From positions 1 to 64,000 of the IMG/VR virus record IMGVR_UViG_3300017917_000733: a stretch of DNA of 64,000 bases, one strand, 5' to 3'. The notes under the pieces were generated by a model that worked only from the letters and a program-made list of their open reading frames with translations, was not told the DNA's origin and searched no databases. Of the stretch, positions 1-8,679 are shown piece by piece. The first letter of the stretch is position 1, and the number at the start of each line of letters is the position of its first letter. The stretch comes from a virus. The position numbers were made by a program, and so were the translations under genes.

Positions 1-237
1 GCCTACCAACTCGTTAGCGATAACTGTTGGCATTACACGACGGATAACTGGAAGAATAACGCGGTTTAGAGTAGCGATATTACCTGCAGTTGTTGTACCT
101 GCTGAAGATTCCTTCAATAGTGCTTTCTTAGTATTTTCTAAGATAACACCCATAGTTGAACGGCGAGTACCTTTTAAGCCTTCTAGTAGGGCTTCTTTAG
201 TCTCGTCCCAACGGCTTTCTAATAGAACTTGTGACAT
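1..237 (-). CDS. gp23: Major capsid protein, T4 gp23-like (N-terminal part; runs off the left edge)
   Basis: Manual translation from ATG at 237: MSQVLLESRWDETKEALLEGLKGTRRSTMGVILENTKK...LNRVILPVIRRVMPTVIANELVG, with the gp23-type 'LPxxRRxMPxxIAxExVG' segment. AGGAG RBS upstream; follows protease and scaffold genes. Confidence 0.9.
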   Translation of the reverse strand, partial: MSQVLLESRWDETKEALLEGLKGTRRSTMGVILENTKKALLKESSAGTTTAGNIATLNRVILPVIRRVMPTVIANELVG

Positions 238-269
238 GTTTATTTTCTCCTAAATTTATGTCTAATTTT

Positions 270-1373
270 TTATAGCCCTGCTAAACGCTTGAGTTCGATA
301 ACATTAGATGTGTCCTCGACTTCAACTTGTTGTTTGGCAGCTTGTTTATCTCCAGTAGCTTCTGTTACTTTTGATTCTGAGATTACTGCCTTTGCAGGCT
401 TCTTCTCAAGACCAGTGTTTAACACTGCTGGTAGATACTTATCGAAAGCGGCTTGTAGACGAGGTGTCTGGACGCTTTCTAGTAAGTTACGCATTGTGCT
501 TGCTTTTTCTTCATTTAATGTAGATAGCAATTCGCTCATTGTCTTCTCACGTAGATTAGACTCTTTGATAATGCGAACTTCACGTTCTTTTGATTCCACT
601 AATTTCTTAGCTTCGTTGACTTTTGCAACGGATTCAGCTAGTTGTTGATCCTTTTCTGCAAGTTGTTGCATTAGTTTGCGTGTTTCAGATTTCTCATTTA
701 AGTGAGTAACGCTGAATTCGCTAGCAAAACTTTCGAAAATACGACGACCAAAATTGTTCTCACGAGCAACTTTGATATCTTCTTTCAACTGGCTTAATTC
801 ACCCTTTAACTGGCCTGCTACAGCGGCGCTAACTCTCTTAGCACTTTCGGCAACAAATTTTGCCTTCAATGCTTCAAGTTGTTGACGACCTTCAGCAACC
901 AACTTAACCTTAGCTTCAACAACTGCTTGCTTGTCTTGTGCAAATTCTTTAATTTCACGAGCAAGAGCATGAACAATGAATTGTTCCAATTTTTCTTGGC
1001 TTTCTTTCATTGCCTTACGGTCGCTACGCAATTCTTTGATTTCTTCAGCTAGTTTAGTAACCATGAAATCATTGAACTTTGTTGCATTTTCACGTAATTT
1101 TTGTTGTGCAGCAATACGGTCTTCGTTCATCGCTTGTCTTTCAGATTGGAATTCTTCAATTTCACTCTGTAGACTATCTGTGACCATCTTGTCAAGGGCT
1201 TCTACCATTACAAGTCTGTCATGTTCATAACGTTGTGCGAATTCTTCGTGTAACTCTGCACGGACTTGCTCACGGGCTTCATTCAACTTAGACTCCCATG
1301 CTTCGTTTAAAGCCTGGGCTGTGTCTTCTTTGATTAGACCGCTTTCAAGTAATGGTTTGATAGCATCAAACAT
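270..1373 (-). CDS. Prohead core scaffolding protein (gp22-like)
   Basis: 367 aa, Glu/Lys/Ala-rich coiled coil, located between prohead protease and capsid as in T4. Confidence 0.75.
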   Translation of the reverse strand: MFDAIKPLLESGLIKEDTAQALNEAWESKLNEAREQVRAELHEEFAQRYEHDRLVMVEALDKMVTDSLQSEIEEFQSERQAMNEDRIAAQQKLRENATKFNDFMVTKLAEEIKELRSDRKAMKESQEKLEQFIVHALAREIKEFAQDKQAVVEAKVKLVAEGRQQLEALKAKFVAESAKRVSAAVAGQLKGELSQLKEDIKVARENNFGRRIFESFASEFSVTHLNEKSETRKLMQQLAEKDQQLAESVAKVNEAKKLVESKEREVRIIKESNLREKTMSELLSTLNEEKASTMRNLLESVQTPRLQAAFDKYLPAVLNTGLEKKPAKAVISESKVTEATGDKQAAKQQVEVEDTSNVIELKRLAGL

Positions 1374-1385
1374 GCTTATTCCCCT

Positions 1386-2021
1386 TTATTTGATTTTGAG
1401 ATCCTTGATGAGGCGCATTACTTCCTCTTTCAAGAACTTCTCTACTTTTTTGTCACCACTTGCTTCCTTAGCAATTTCCATTAGCTTATGACCATGTTTC
1501 ATGTTCATCATACCTTCGTATATAGCTTTTGGATATGCGTTAGGTGCGCTAGGTTGGGCAACAATATCCACAGTGACTATTTCAAAGTCACTGACTTTTC
1601 CGTCATAATCATTCACGTTTCCGCTACCACGACTACTGACGCCGAGTTTGACACCGCTCTCCAACATGGTAGTTACTAACTGACCCATTGGAGTTGGCAA
1701 AATCTTTAACTTACCATAACCATTTGCACCATCCATCCACATAGATGTAATCATATGTGATACACGGTCCAAATTGATTTTTAAGTCATCAGGGTGATCG
1801 ACTTCTCCTAATACGGAGTATCCACCTGTGATTTGTTCGTTTAGAGTATTAACGGCTGATTCGATTTCAGAAACAGGGTAAATACGCTCATTGGCGTTCT
1901 TTACCCCACCCTGAATGAAAATTCCCTTCATGTAAAGAGACTTTTCCTTACCCTCACCTGAACTTTCGACCACCATTCCTGCACGGTCAAAAGTCAGATG
2001 TTCTTTGAGATACAAAGCCAT
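1386..2021 (-). CDS. gp21: Prohead protease, T4 gp21-like
   Basis: Motifs GIFIQGGVKNANERIYP, GEVDHP, VSHMI, GVSSRGSG and DIVAQPSAPNAY. Confidence 0.93.
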   Translation of the reverse strand: MALYLKEHLTFDRAGMVVESSGEGKEKSLYMKGIFIQGGVKNANERIYPVSEIESAVNTLNEQITGGYSVLGEVDHPDDLKINLDRVSHMITSMWMDGANGYGKLKILPTPMGQLVTTMLESGVKLGVSSRGSGNVNDYDGKVSDFEIVTVDIVAQPSAPNAYPKAIYEGMMNMKHGHKLMEIAKEASGDKKVEKFLKEEVMRLIKDLKIK

Positions 2022-2036
2022 TTTCTCTCAGATTCC

Positions 2037-2852
2037 TTAAATGCGCTTCTTAGCTGTCTTTGATTCAGCTACTGGGCTCTTTGTGTTAACACCTGTAGCT
2101 TGAGTCTTAGTTGGAGCAGGAGCTTTTTCTAAGTCTTGACCAGCTTGTGCAGGAGCATTCTTGAATGATCCAGCGCCTTTAACTTGTGTCTCGCCTTTAG
2201 CATAAGCATTGCTTGGAGCTTTAGGACTTGTAGGAACTGCTTCTGCGTCACCAGAGAATTTAACTGGCTTGCTTGCCATTCCTGTTTGACCTGCGTTAGC
2301 TGCTACTGTACTTGTTGTTTGTGCGCCATTGTCACCGTGTGTTACGGAAACTTTCTTCAATGTAATTGCTTCCATGACAGACTCATCCATTTCGTCTTCT
2401 TCGTCATCGGATGCTTCCATCATATCTTCTTCATCATCAGCTTCTTCGCCTTCTTTTTCGTCAGCTTCTTCGCCGCCCATGATTTCTTCAAATTCTGCCA
2501 TTAGTTGGTCTAGCTTGTCTTCTAAATCAACAACACGGTCTTCTAAATCTTCTTCGCCTTCGCCTTCTTCGTCGTCGGCTTCAATGTCAACAACTTCGTC
2601 TTCACCGTCGTCATCATCCATAGCATCAACATCTAAATCTTCTTCTTCTGTCATGCCTTCTTCTTCAGCACCGATTTCGTCTAGTAGATCACCTACTTGA
2701 CCATGCATTCCCTCGTCCATTTCATCAGCCATCATTGACTCATAAATTTCACGGGATTTTTCAACCACGATATCGTGGAATAGTGCTTTAGCTTGTTCTT
2801 CGTTCTCATTGATAATTAGGTCAATGAGTTGTTCAAATTTTTTGTTATCCAT
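2037..2852 (-). CDS. Highly acidic head-associated/prohead core protein
   Basis: 271 aa with Asp/Glu-rich centre; own late-promoter-like motif and AGGAG RBS; lies between portal and protease. Confidence 0.6.
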   Translation of the reverse strand: MDNKKFEQLIDLIINENEEQAKALFHDIVVEKSREIYESMMADEMDEGMHGQVGDLLDEIGAEEEGMTEEEDLDVDAMDDDDGEDEVVDIEADDEEGEGEEDLEDRVVDLEDKLDQLMAEFEEIMGGEEADEKEGEEADDEEDMMEASDDEEDEMDESVMEAITLKKVSVTHGDNGAQTTSTVAANAGQTGMASKPVKFSGDAEAVPTSPKAPSNAYAKGETQVKGAGSFKNAPAQAGQDLEKAPAPTKTQATGVNTKSPVAESKTAKKRI

Positions 2853-2889
2853 TATTTTTTTCTCCTGATAGAAATGGCTTGTGTAGTAT

Positions 2890-2896
2890 TATTTAG
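2890..2896 (-). promoter_or_regulatory. Late-promoter-like motif CTAAATA for the head operon
   Basis: Variant of the T4 late promoter TATAAATA; recurs upstream of most structural genes in the window. Confidence 0.6.
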
Positions 2897-2905
2897 TGGG
2901 TAGCA

Positions 2906-2930
2906 TAAAAAAGAGCACAATAAGTGCTCA
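2906..2930 (-). terminator. Rho-independent terminator
   Basis: Minus strand GAGCAC-ttatt-GTGCTC followed by TTTTTT; a T-run also follows on the plus strand, so possibly bidirectional. Confidence 0.7.
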
Positions 2931-2966
2931 TTTTTTACGTTTTTGACTAGAATATAGAAATTTTTG

Positions 2967-3191
2967 TTACATTGCAGGCTGTTGTTCGCCTTTTGGTGCA
3001 TATTGGTCGTGAATTTTTTTCAAATATTTTTTCTTTTCGTATGTTCTAACATCCAGCATTCTACGTAGTTTACGTATCTGTCTTAGTGTTAATTTAGTTT
3101 TTCTAGACTCACGCCACTTAGGTGCCGAGTTATCAGATTCTAAATCTTGATACCCCGGTATCGCAGCGTCAAACATTTCAAATAGTTTCAT
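2967..3191 (-). CDS. Small basic hypothetical protein
   Basis: 74-aa ORF (RKTKLTLRQIRKLR), with ATAAATA at 3199-3205, 7 nt before the ATG. Confidence 0.7.
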   Translation of the reverse strand: MKLFEMFDAAIPGYQDLESDNSAPKWRESRKTKLTLRQIRKLRRMLDVRTYEKKKYLKKIHDQYAPKGEQQPAM

Positions 3192-3201
3192 AGTTTATTA
3201 T

Positions 3202-4968
3202 TTATGCCAATCCACCAGGTGTAGCCGGTGCTCCAGCAGCGCCTGGCTCAGTTCCTACTGGTCCTGCTACTTCGGGTCCTTCTTGCCCTTCAGGCGGTGG
3301 CGTTTCCATAGTATCAGCCATTTCAGCATCAGCTTCCATGTCTCCTACACTAACGCCTACGCTACGTAAGTCACTACCTTGTGGTTCGATTTCATCATCT
3401 TTGTCGTTTTCTTCACGCCATAATGTTTCGTTCTTACTGATTTCTTCTTCAGTCAAGCCCAAGAAACGTTCTAGTGCAAAACGCTTACTGATATATGGAT
3501 ACGCTTCCATAGTACTGAAAACATTAACTCGTGCACCATCAAGCTCACTTTGACGATATGCAGCAAAGTTTTGTGGGGGATTGAACTCTAATGTGAACAA
3601 TCCGCTATCGATGTTAAAACCTCTCCAGCGCAAGAATAATTTGAATTCTTCGTCTAGTTTATGAGAGATATAATTCTGTAGTCGTTCGCAATATTGATTA
3701 AAACGATATTCCTGAATTAATGCTGTTCCAACTCGTCCATCATTAACAACTCTGTCGCTATCATCGGGACCTGTGGGTAAGTATGAACTTGGGATACGCA
3801 AACCACGTGCTAATCTGTTGTTGAAATAACGCAAATCGTCAATTTCACCTAAGTTTTGTCCACCTGGTAATGTTGTAACGTCAGATCCACGACCGTCAGC
3901 AGTGACTGGGAAGAAGTAATCTTCGTTCATCGACAATGGGTTATATGTTGCATCTAATACTGATTGTCCACCTTGACTACTTGGAATACGTCTTTGGTGA
4001 ATTTCGTTCTTAATACGCTCAACAAACGCCATAGCCATATGACTTGGCATATTACCAACGTCAATTTTGAATACTCTGCGCTCAGGTGCTCGTTGTACAC
4101 GATAGATTAAGATAGCATCTTCTAATAATTCTTTTTGTTTGAAAACTTTGAAGATGTTTTCTAGGATACTTTGTCCAAAAGGCCAGAATCTGTCCAAACC
4201 TTCTGTTAAACTTAAATGAACAACGTGTTTAGCATCGACTGCACTTTCACTTTGACCTAATGTAAAACGGCTACCTGTTGTATTATATGGCATAGCAGGA
4301 ACTGTGTATGGAGTGTTAGTTCCACCACCAGAACCACCTAGACCAGTTGCAGGGTTAGCTGCAAAGTCTGTGTTTGTTTTAGTTGCAACTGTTAAGTTTT
4401 GTAAGTTAATGTTAATGTCTTTGATAACATATTGTTCAGGCTTCTTACCTTCACTTTCGTTAACAATAACTTTAATAACTTTAACCATATCGACCCAATA
4501 TAATTTGAAGTTCTCTGGGTCACGAACAAAAACCTGATCTCCGTACTTTACAGTGTTACGGAATATCTTAAAGATACGTGTGTCAAATTCATTTAGCTTG
4601 CACCATTGCTGTAATTGTGTCTTTAACAATTCGACTTCGTGCTGAGTTGGATCTTGTTTAAAGTTTAAGTTGAATGGTGTTTTATTGTGTTCATTCTTTT
4701 GTGTACAGAATTCAGCTAGAATATCTAAACATGCGTTGATTTCAGCATCAACATCCATCATTTCATACTGGTTGTATCGTTCAATACGGTTTGGGTGACC
4801 AGTATAGACTTCAGGAAGTCTGGACATATAATTCTTATAGCCAAACTCAGTGTTGTTCCAGTTATCGGATTGTCCTGGGCCTGCATTCCATGCACCGCTG
4901 TTACTATTTGCACCAGAAATAGGGCTAGATATACCAGCCTTGTTTGTAAATCTTCTTTTGTAAGTCAT
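3202..4968 (-). CDS. gp20: Portal protein, T4 gp20-like
   Basis: Motifs LEDAILIYRVQRAPERRVFKIDVGNMP, EDYFFP, TTLPGGQNLGEIDD and LRIPSSYL. CTAAATA at 4983-4989 upstream. Confidence 0.95.
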   Translation of the reverse strand: MTYKRRFTNKAGISSPISGANSNSGAWNAGPGQSDNWNNTEFGYKNYMSRLPEVYTGHPNRIERYNQYEMMDVDAEINACLDILAEFCTQKNEHNKTPFNLNFKQDPTQHEVELLKTQLQQWCKLNEFDTRIFKIFRNTVKYGDQVFVRDPENFKLYWVDMVKVIKVIVNESEGKKPEQYVIKDININLQNLTVATKTNTDFAANPATGLGGSGGGTNTPYTVPAMPYNTTGSRFTLGQSESAVDAKHVVHLSLTEGLDRFWPFGQSILENIFKVFKQKELLEDAILIYRVQRAPERRVFKIDVGNMPSHMAMAFVERIKNEIHQRRIPSSQGGQSVLDATYNPLSMNEDYFFPVTADGRGSDVTTLPGGQNLGEIDDLRYFNNRLARGLRIPSSYLPTGPDDSDRVVNDGRVGTALIQEYRFNQYCERLQNYISHKLDEEFKLFLRWRGFNIDSGLFTLEFNPPQNFAAYRQSELDGARVNVFSTMEAYPYISKRFALERFLGLTEEEISKNETLWREENDKDDEIEPQGSDLRSVGVSVGDMEADAEMADTMETPPPEGQEGPEVAGPVGTEPGAAGAPATPGGLA

Positions 4969-4991
4969 AATATTTTGTTTAGTATTTAGCG

Positions 4992-7400
4992 TTAAACACG
5001 TGAATAAGTTAATATTGATTCTTGAATATCTTTGGTTGAACTCATAATATCAATCATCTGATTAAACTTATCAGTCATAGTTTCTATCATAGATACCATA
5101 ACCTCCGACGATGCATTTGAATTAGATCCTAATGCACTTGACAACTCTGTAGGTAAACTTGTCTTAGACGGTGTTTCATAACCATCTGGTAAGGGGATAA
5201 CCATTTCTGTACCATGTAACATTGCAGGGTAACCCAAGTTTGAGCCACTAAGAATTCCACCGTATCTTGCTTCTACTATTTTACCTTGTTTAAATCCTTC
5301 AACTTTTTCCATTGCAGCAAGCATTGCTTTTCGCTGTGATTGATCCAAATCGGCTACTCTTGTATCAGGGCTTGCACCAGTTGCTGAGAGTACATTTTTT
5401 AGATAAGATAATGTATCATTTTCACCAGACGGAGCATATTTCGAAATTGCATCTGCAATTGATAACCCAGCATAACTCTTACCAAATAATAACGCTGTTC
5501 GGGCCTGATCACCTATTTCTTTAGTAGGAAATATTGCAAAACGACCGTCAGAACCAATAGCTCCTTGGCTTATAGCAAATTTTCCATACTCTATATTACC
5601 CGGGTTATTATTGCGCCATGCTCTAGTTCCTTCTCGTCGTTGCTTAGTCCCGTCGCTAGCTTCAACTACATTAAATCCTGAACCAGTTTCCAATACTTGT
5701 GCTATTGGTTTTTCAGTGCTAGATTTTCCTGTAACAGTAGGTTCACTACCAGCGCCTGGCATATCCGGTGAAAGAGATTTCAGTGCTCTACCTAAAAGTG
5801 TTTTAGATGATGCTGCGCTACGAGCGGCATCATCCTGTCCGCCACCTGAACCACTGCTTTCAGAAAAAAGACCCGGTAACATTCTTTTTAATGCATCAAC
5901 CCAATAATTTAAAACATTTCCAAATACTTCAACTGTTTTAGCGACTGCTCTTAATGCAATAGAAACGGGACCTGATGTGACTCTAACTAATTCGTCAAAT
6001 GCTTGCTTTAATTCTCTTTCAGATTCAAGTTGTGCGTTACGTAAATCTTTTGCTGCATCCCCTTGTGATTTTGCAGTGTCCAAATCTTTTTGCAATTGTT
6101 CCAAATATTTTTGCTGCTCTTCGGCTGTCATCTTTTGGAAACGTTCGTATACTAAAGCCTGTTCACGTGCTTTATTAGATATTCCAAAAATCTTTTGAAA
6201 TTCTTTACTTGCTGGTCCTAATGCATAAGCAGTTTCACCGAATTGCTTTCTGAAATTTTGTACGGCTTCATAGTTTTGCTTTAGCATTTCCATTTGAACT
6301 TTTAATGGATCTTCACCTCTACGTAACATCTCATTGATTTTTTCGTAGTTTTGACCAGTCATTGCAAGAAATGCATTGTTTTCAGTCAAAACCATACCTG
6401 ATTTATTAGTGATTGATTCTAACTTACCTATAGCAGAGGTGGCATCGTTAGTTGCTACAATGTTAGCAGCTATAATTCTAGTGCTCTTTGCTTGATTGTC
6501 TAATCGTTCAGCTTCTGCCTGTAAACTTTTTTTACGGGCCTGATCTTGTTCTTTGTTAGCTTGTCTCAACAACTCAGCACGTTCTAATTCCAAATCATTA
6601 ATAAACGCATTGACGTTTTCATTGGCTTGTGCTAATTCCAACGCTTTCTGCTGTTGTTCAACATCATTACCAGTAAGTGCAGCTAACGTTGTTAGTTGTT
6701 CAATATACGCTAATGTTTCTTTTTGTAGTTGTCTTGGTGATTTTGCCAAAGAACCACCAGTTTCGGCTATCTGTTTAACATAACGACTTTGTATTTCTGT
6801 TACTTCTTCTTGGCTGAAACCCAAATTACGTAATGATTCACGCTGTTCTCTAGATAGTGCTGCAATTTGAGCAAACGCCTTAACACCATTACCTGTTGTA
6901 TTTCCCAATATAGTAAGGCTACTACCTAAACTTCTAGCATTTTTGTACAATGATTCCAATGACTGTGAAGTATACCCTGCTTTTAGTCCCATGTTTAAAA
7001 CATCACTAGTTGATGTTCCCAATGAGGCACCAAACTTACTCAAACCGTCATATGACTTTAAGATTGCATCATTTTGCTTTAATACAGCTTCAGCTAGTTT
7101 AGTGAATGCCAATGTTCCTATTTCTACAGCTTTACCTAAGGCACCAAAAGATCCAGCAAGGGAGCCTACACTTTTCCCTACAGTGTTAACTACCCCTGAG
7201 TATTTGGACATACTATTGTCAGTTGACATAATAGTACTACCAAGTTCGGTAAGACCCTTTTTAACGGCACTAAATGATGTTCTTCTTATATCATCATTTC
7301 CCCTTTGGTCGTCAGCCATTCTTTTAAAGGCTTCGGTCGTAGCGGATAACTGCTCAGTCAGTTGTCGCAACGCTTCTTCGGTGTTTAAATTATCAGCCAT
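4992..7400 (-). CDS. Tape-measure-like protein with C-terminal lysozyme-like domain
   Basis: Long helical Ala/Gln/Leu-rich N-terminal region; C-terminal RNNNPGNIEYG...FAIF...KYAP..ENDT..Y motif of phage virion lysozyme-like domains; LHGTEMVIPL motif near the end. Confidence 0.65.
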   Translation of the reverse strand: MADNLNTEEALRQLTEQLSATTEAFKRMADDQRGNDDIRRTSFSAVKKGLTELGSTIMSTDNSMSKYSGVVNTVGKSVGSLAGSFGALGKAVEIGTLAFTKLAEAVLKQNDAILKSYDGLSKFGASLGTSTSDVLNMGLKAGYTSQSLESLYKNARSLGSSLTILGNTTGNGVKAFAQIAALSREQRESLRNLGFSQEEVTEIQSRYVKQIAETGGSLAKSPRQLQKETLAYIEQLTTLAALTGNDVEQQQKALELAQANENVNAFINDLELERAELLRQANKEQDQARKKSLQAEAERLDNQAKSTRIIAANIVATNDATSAIGKLESITNKSGMVLTENNAFLAMTGQNYEKINEMLRRGEDPLKVQMEMLKQNYEAVQNFRKQFGETAYALGPASKEFQKIFGISNKAREQALVYERFQKMTAEEQQKYLEQLQKDLDTAKSQGDAAKDLRNAQLESERELKQAFDELVRVTSGPVSIALRAVAKTVEVFGNVLNYWVDALKRMLPGLFSESSGSGGGQDDAARSAASSKTLLGRALKSLSPDMPGAGSEPTVTGKSSTEKPIAQVLETGSGFNVVEASDGTKQRREGTRAWRNNNPGNIEYGKFAISQGAIGSDGRFAIFPTKEIGDQARTALLFGKSYAGLSIADAISKYAPSGENDTLSYLKNVLSATGASPDTRVADLDQSQRKAMLAAMEKVEGFKQGKIVEARYGGILSGSNLGYPAMLHGTEMVIPLPDGYETPSKTSLPTELSSALGSNSNASSEVMVSMIETMTDKFNQMIDIMSSTKDIQESILTYSRV

Positions 7401-7409
7401 TTTTTACCC

Positions 7410-7434
7410 ACTAAATATCAGTTAAGTATTTAGT
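7410..7434. promoter_or_regulatory. Face-to-face pair of late-promoter-like motifs
   Basis: CTAAATA on + at 7411-7417 and on - at 7427-7433, between the divergent genes starting at 7400(-) and 7468(+). Confidence 0.6.
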
Positions 7435-7467
7435 ATTTCTATTAATACCACTTTTTTTGAGGATCCT

Positions 7468-8295
7468 ATGGTAAATCCAAATAACCCGTTAAAACAATTT
7501 TTCCGTAAACCAGCTGTGTATCTTAGATTACCTTCAGGAGGCAACTATGCACCTGGTGTAATTAACATGCCTGAAAACGGTGAGCTTCCTATATATCCAA
7601 TGACTGCGTTAGACGAAATCACAGTAAGAACACCTGATGCATTGTTCAACGGAGAAGCCGTATCTAGTGTTATTAGAAGTTGTGCCCCTAACGTTCTTGA
7701 TCCTTGGCGCCTTAATAATATAGATTTAGATGCTCTTTTGATATCTATACGTTCAGCTAGTGAAGGCAGTGAATTAGAAATAGACACTGTTTGTCCTAAC
7801 TGCAATGAAGAGGCCAAATATGGATTAAACTTAACTGCATGTTTAAGCCAATTGTCAATTAATGCATATCAAAATGAATTATCTTTAGGTGATTTGGCGA
7901 TTAAATTCAAGTCCTTGACTTATAAAGAAATCAACTACATAAACAATAAACAGTTTGAGATACAGAAATTATATACTCAAATTGAGAACATTCAAGATTT
8001 GGAAGAAAAATCAAAAAGAACCAAAGATATTTTTGTTCTAATCAATGAAGCTACTAACGTTGCGTTAGCAAAATCCATTGAATATATTAAAACCCCAAGT
8101 AGTGTAGTTACTGAACAAGAGTTCATACTTGAATTTCTATTAAATTGCGACAGTAATACATATGAAATTATAAAAGAGGAAAATGTATCTATTAAGAAAA
8201 ATTCAGAGATACAACCTTTAGATATCAAATGTATACATTGCCAACACGAATATAAACAACTGTTCACATTCAACATGTCTGATTTTTTCGGTTAA
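7468..8295 (+). CDS. Baseplate hub/tail assembly chaperone, T4 gp26-like
   Basis: 275 aa; LPSGG, YPMTALDE, D.LLI.IR.AS, and CPNC and CIHC zinc-type pairs. Confidence 0.7.
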   Translation: MVNPNNPLKQFFRKPAVYLRLPSGGNYAPGVINMPENGELPIYPMTALDEITVRTPDALFNGEAVSSVIRSCAPNVLDPWRLNNIDLDALLISIRSASEGSELEIDTVCPNCNEEAKYGLNLTACLSQLSINAYQNELSLGDLAIKFKSLTYKEINYINNKQFEIQKLYTQIENIQDLEEKSKRTKDIFVLINEATNVALAKSIEYIKTPSSVVTEQEFILEFLLNCDSNTYEIIKEENVSIKKNSEIQPLDIKCIHCQHEYKQLFTFNMSDFFG

Positions 8296-8331
8296 GGCTT
8301 CTATCCCTTGACCCCCAAGGGATCAAGAAGC
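8283..8331 (+). promoter_or_regulatory. Putative programmed -1 ribosomal frameshift signal
   Basis: Slippery heptamer T_TTT_TTC (8283-8289) in frame, 7-nt spacer, then a stem-loop at 8297-8331. The -1 frame is open into the ORF ending at 8519. Confidence 0.7.
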
Positions 8332-8342
8332 TAATCGATAAT

Positions 8343-8519
8343 ATGGAAAAAGAATGTTCTGATATAAAGCGCAATGCATTACAGCTTGCGTGGTACATGA
8401 GGGGAGCAGTCAGTTATACTGAAGTTTTGAATATGTCCGCAGAGGAACGAAACCATATTAATAAATTGATAGAAACTAACTTAGAAACTACTAAGAAATC
8501 AGGTCTACCATTCTTCTAA
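8343..8519 (+). CDS. Small ORF not in the supplied track; likely frameshift extension of the 7468 gene
   Basis: MEKECSDIKRNALQLAWYMRGAVSYTEVLNMSAEERNHINKLIETNLETTKKSGLPFF*; resembles gp51-like/chaperone-extension peptides; no obvious RBS of its own. Confidence 0.7.
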   Translation: MEKECSDIKRNALQLAWYMRGAVSYTEVLNMSAEERNHINKLIETNLETTKKSGLPFF

Positions 8520-8573
8520 TTAAACCCGTAACTGTTCATTTATCACTTCGGGGGAACATCTTTTTTCTTTTAA

Positions 8574-8616
8574 AGATGAACTTCGTTCATCTAGAACTTC
8601 GCTATCGCTCAGTTCT
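8574..8616 (-). other. Two adjacent hairpins (GAA triloop; GAGCGATAGCGA core)
   Basis: Minus strand AGAACT-GAGCGATAGCGA-AGTTCT immediately followed by AGATGAAC-GAA-GTTCATCT. Confidence 0.6.
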
Positions 8617-8679
8617 TATTTTTACGGTAATCTATTGTCTAGTACTTTCTTTAATTATTACATTAAGGAATACATATTG

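Noticed and set aside
2329-2700. TCTTC/TCATC-rich low-complexity DNA
   Set aside because: Explained by Glu/Asp codons of the acidic minus-strand protein; not an independent repeat element.
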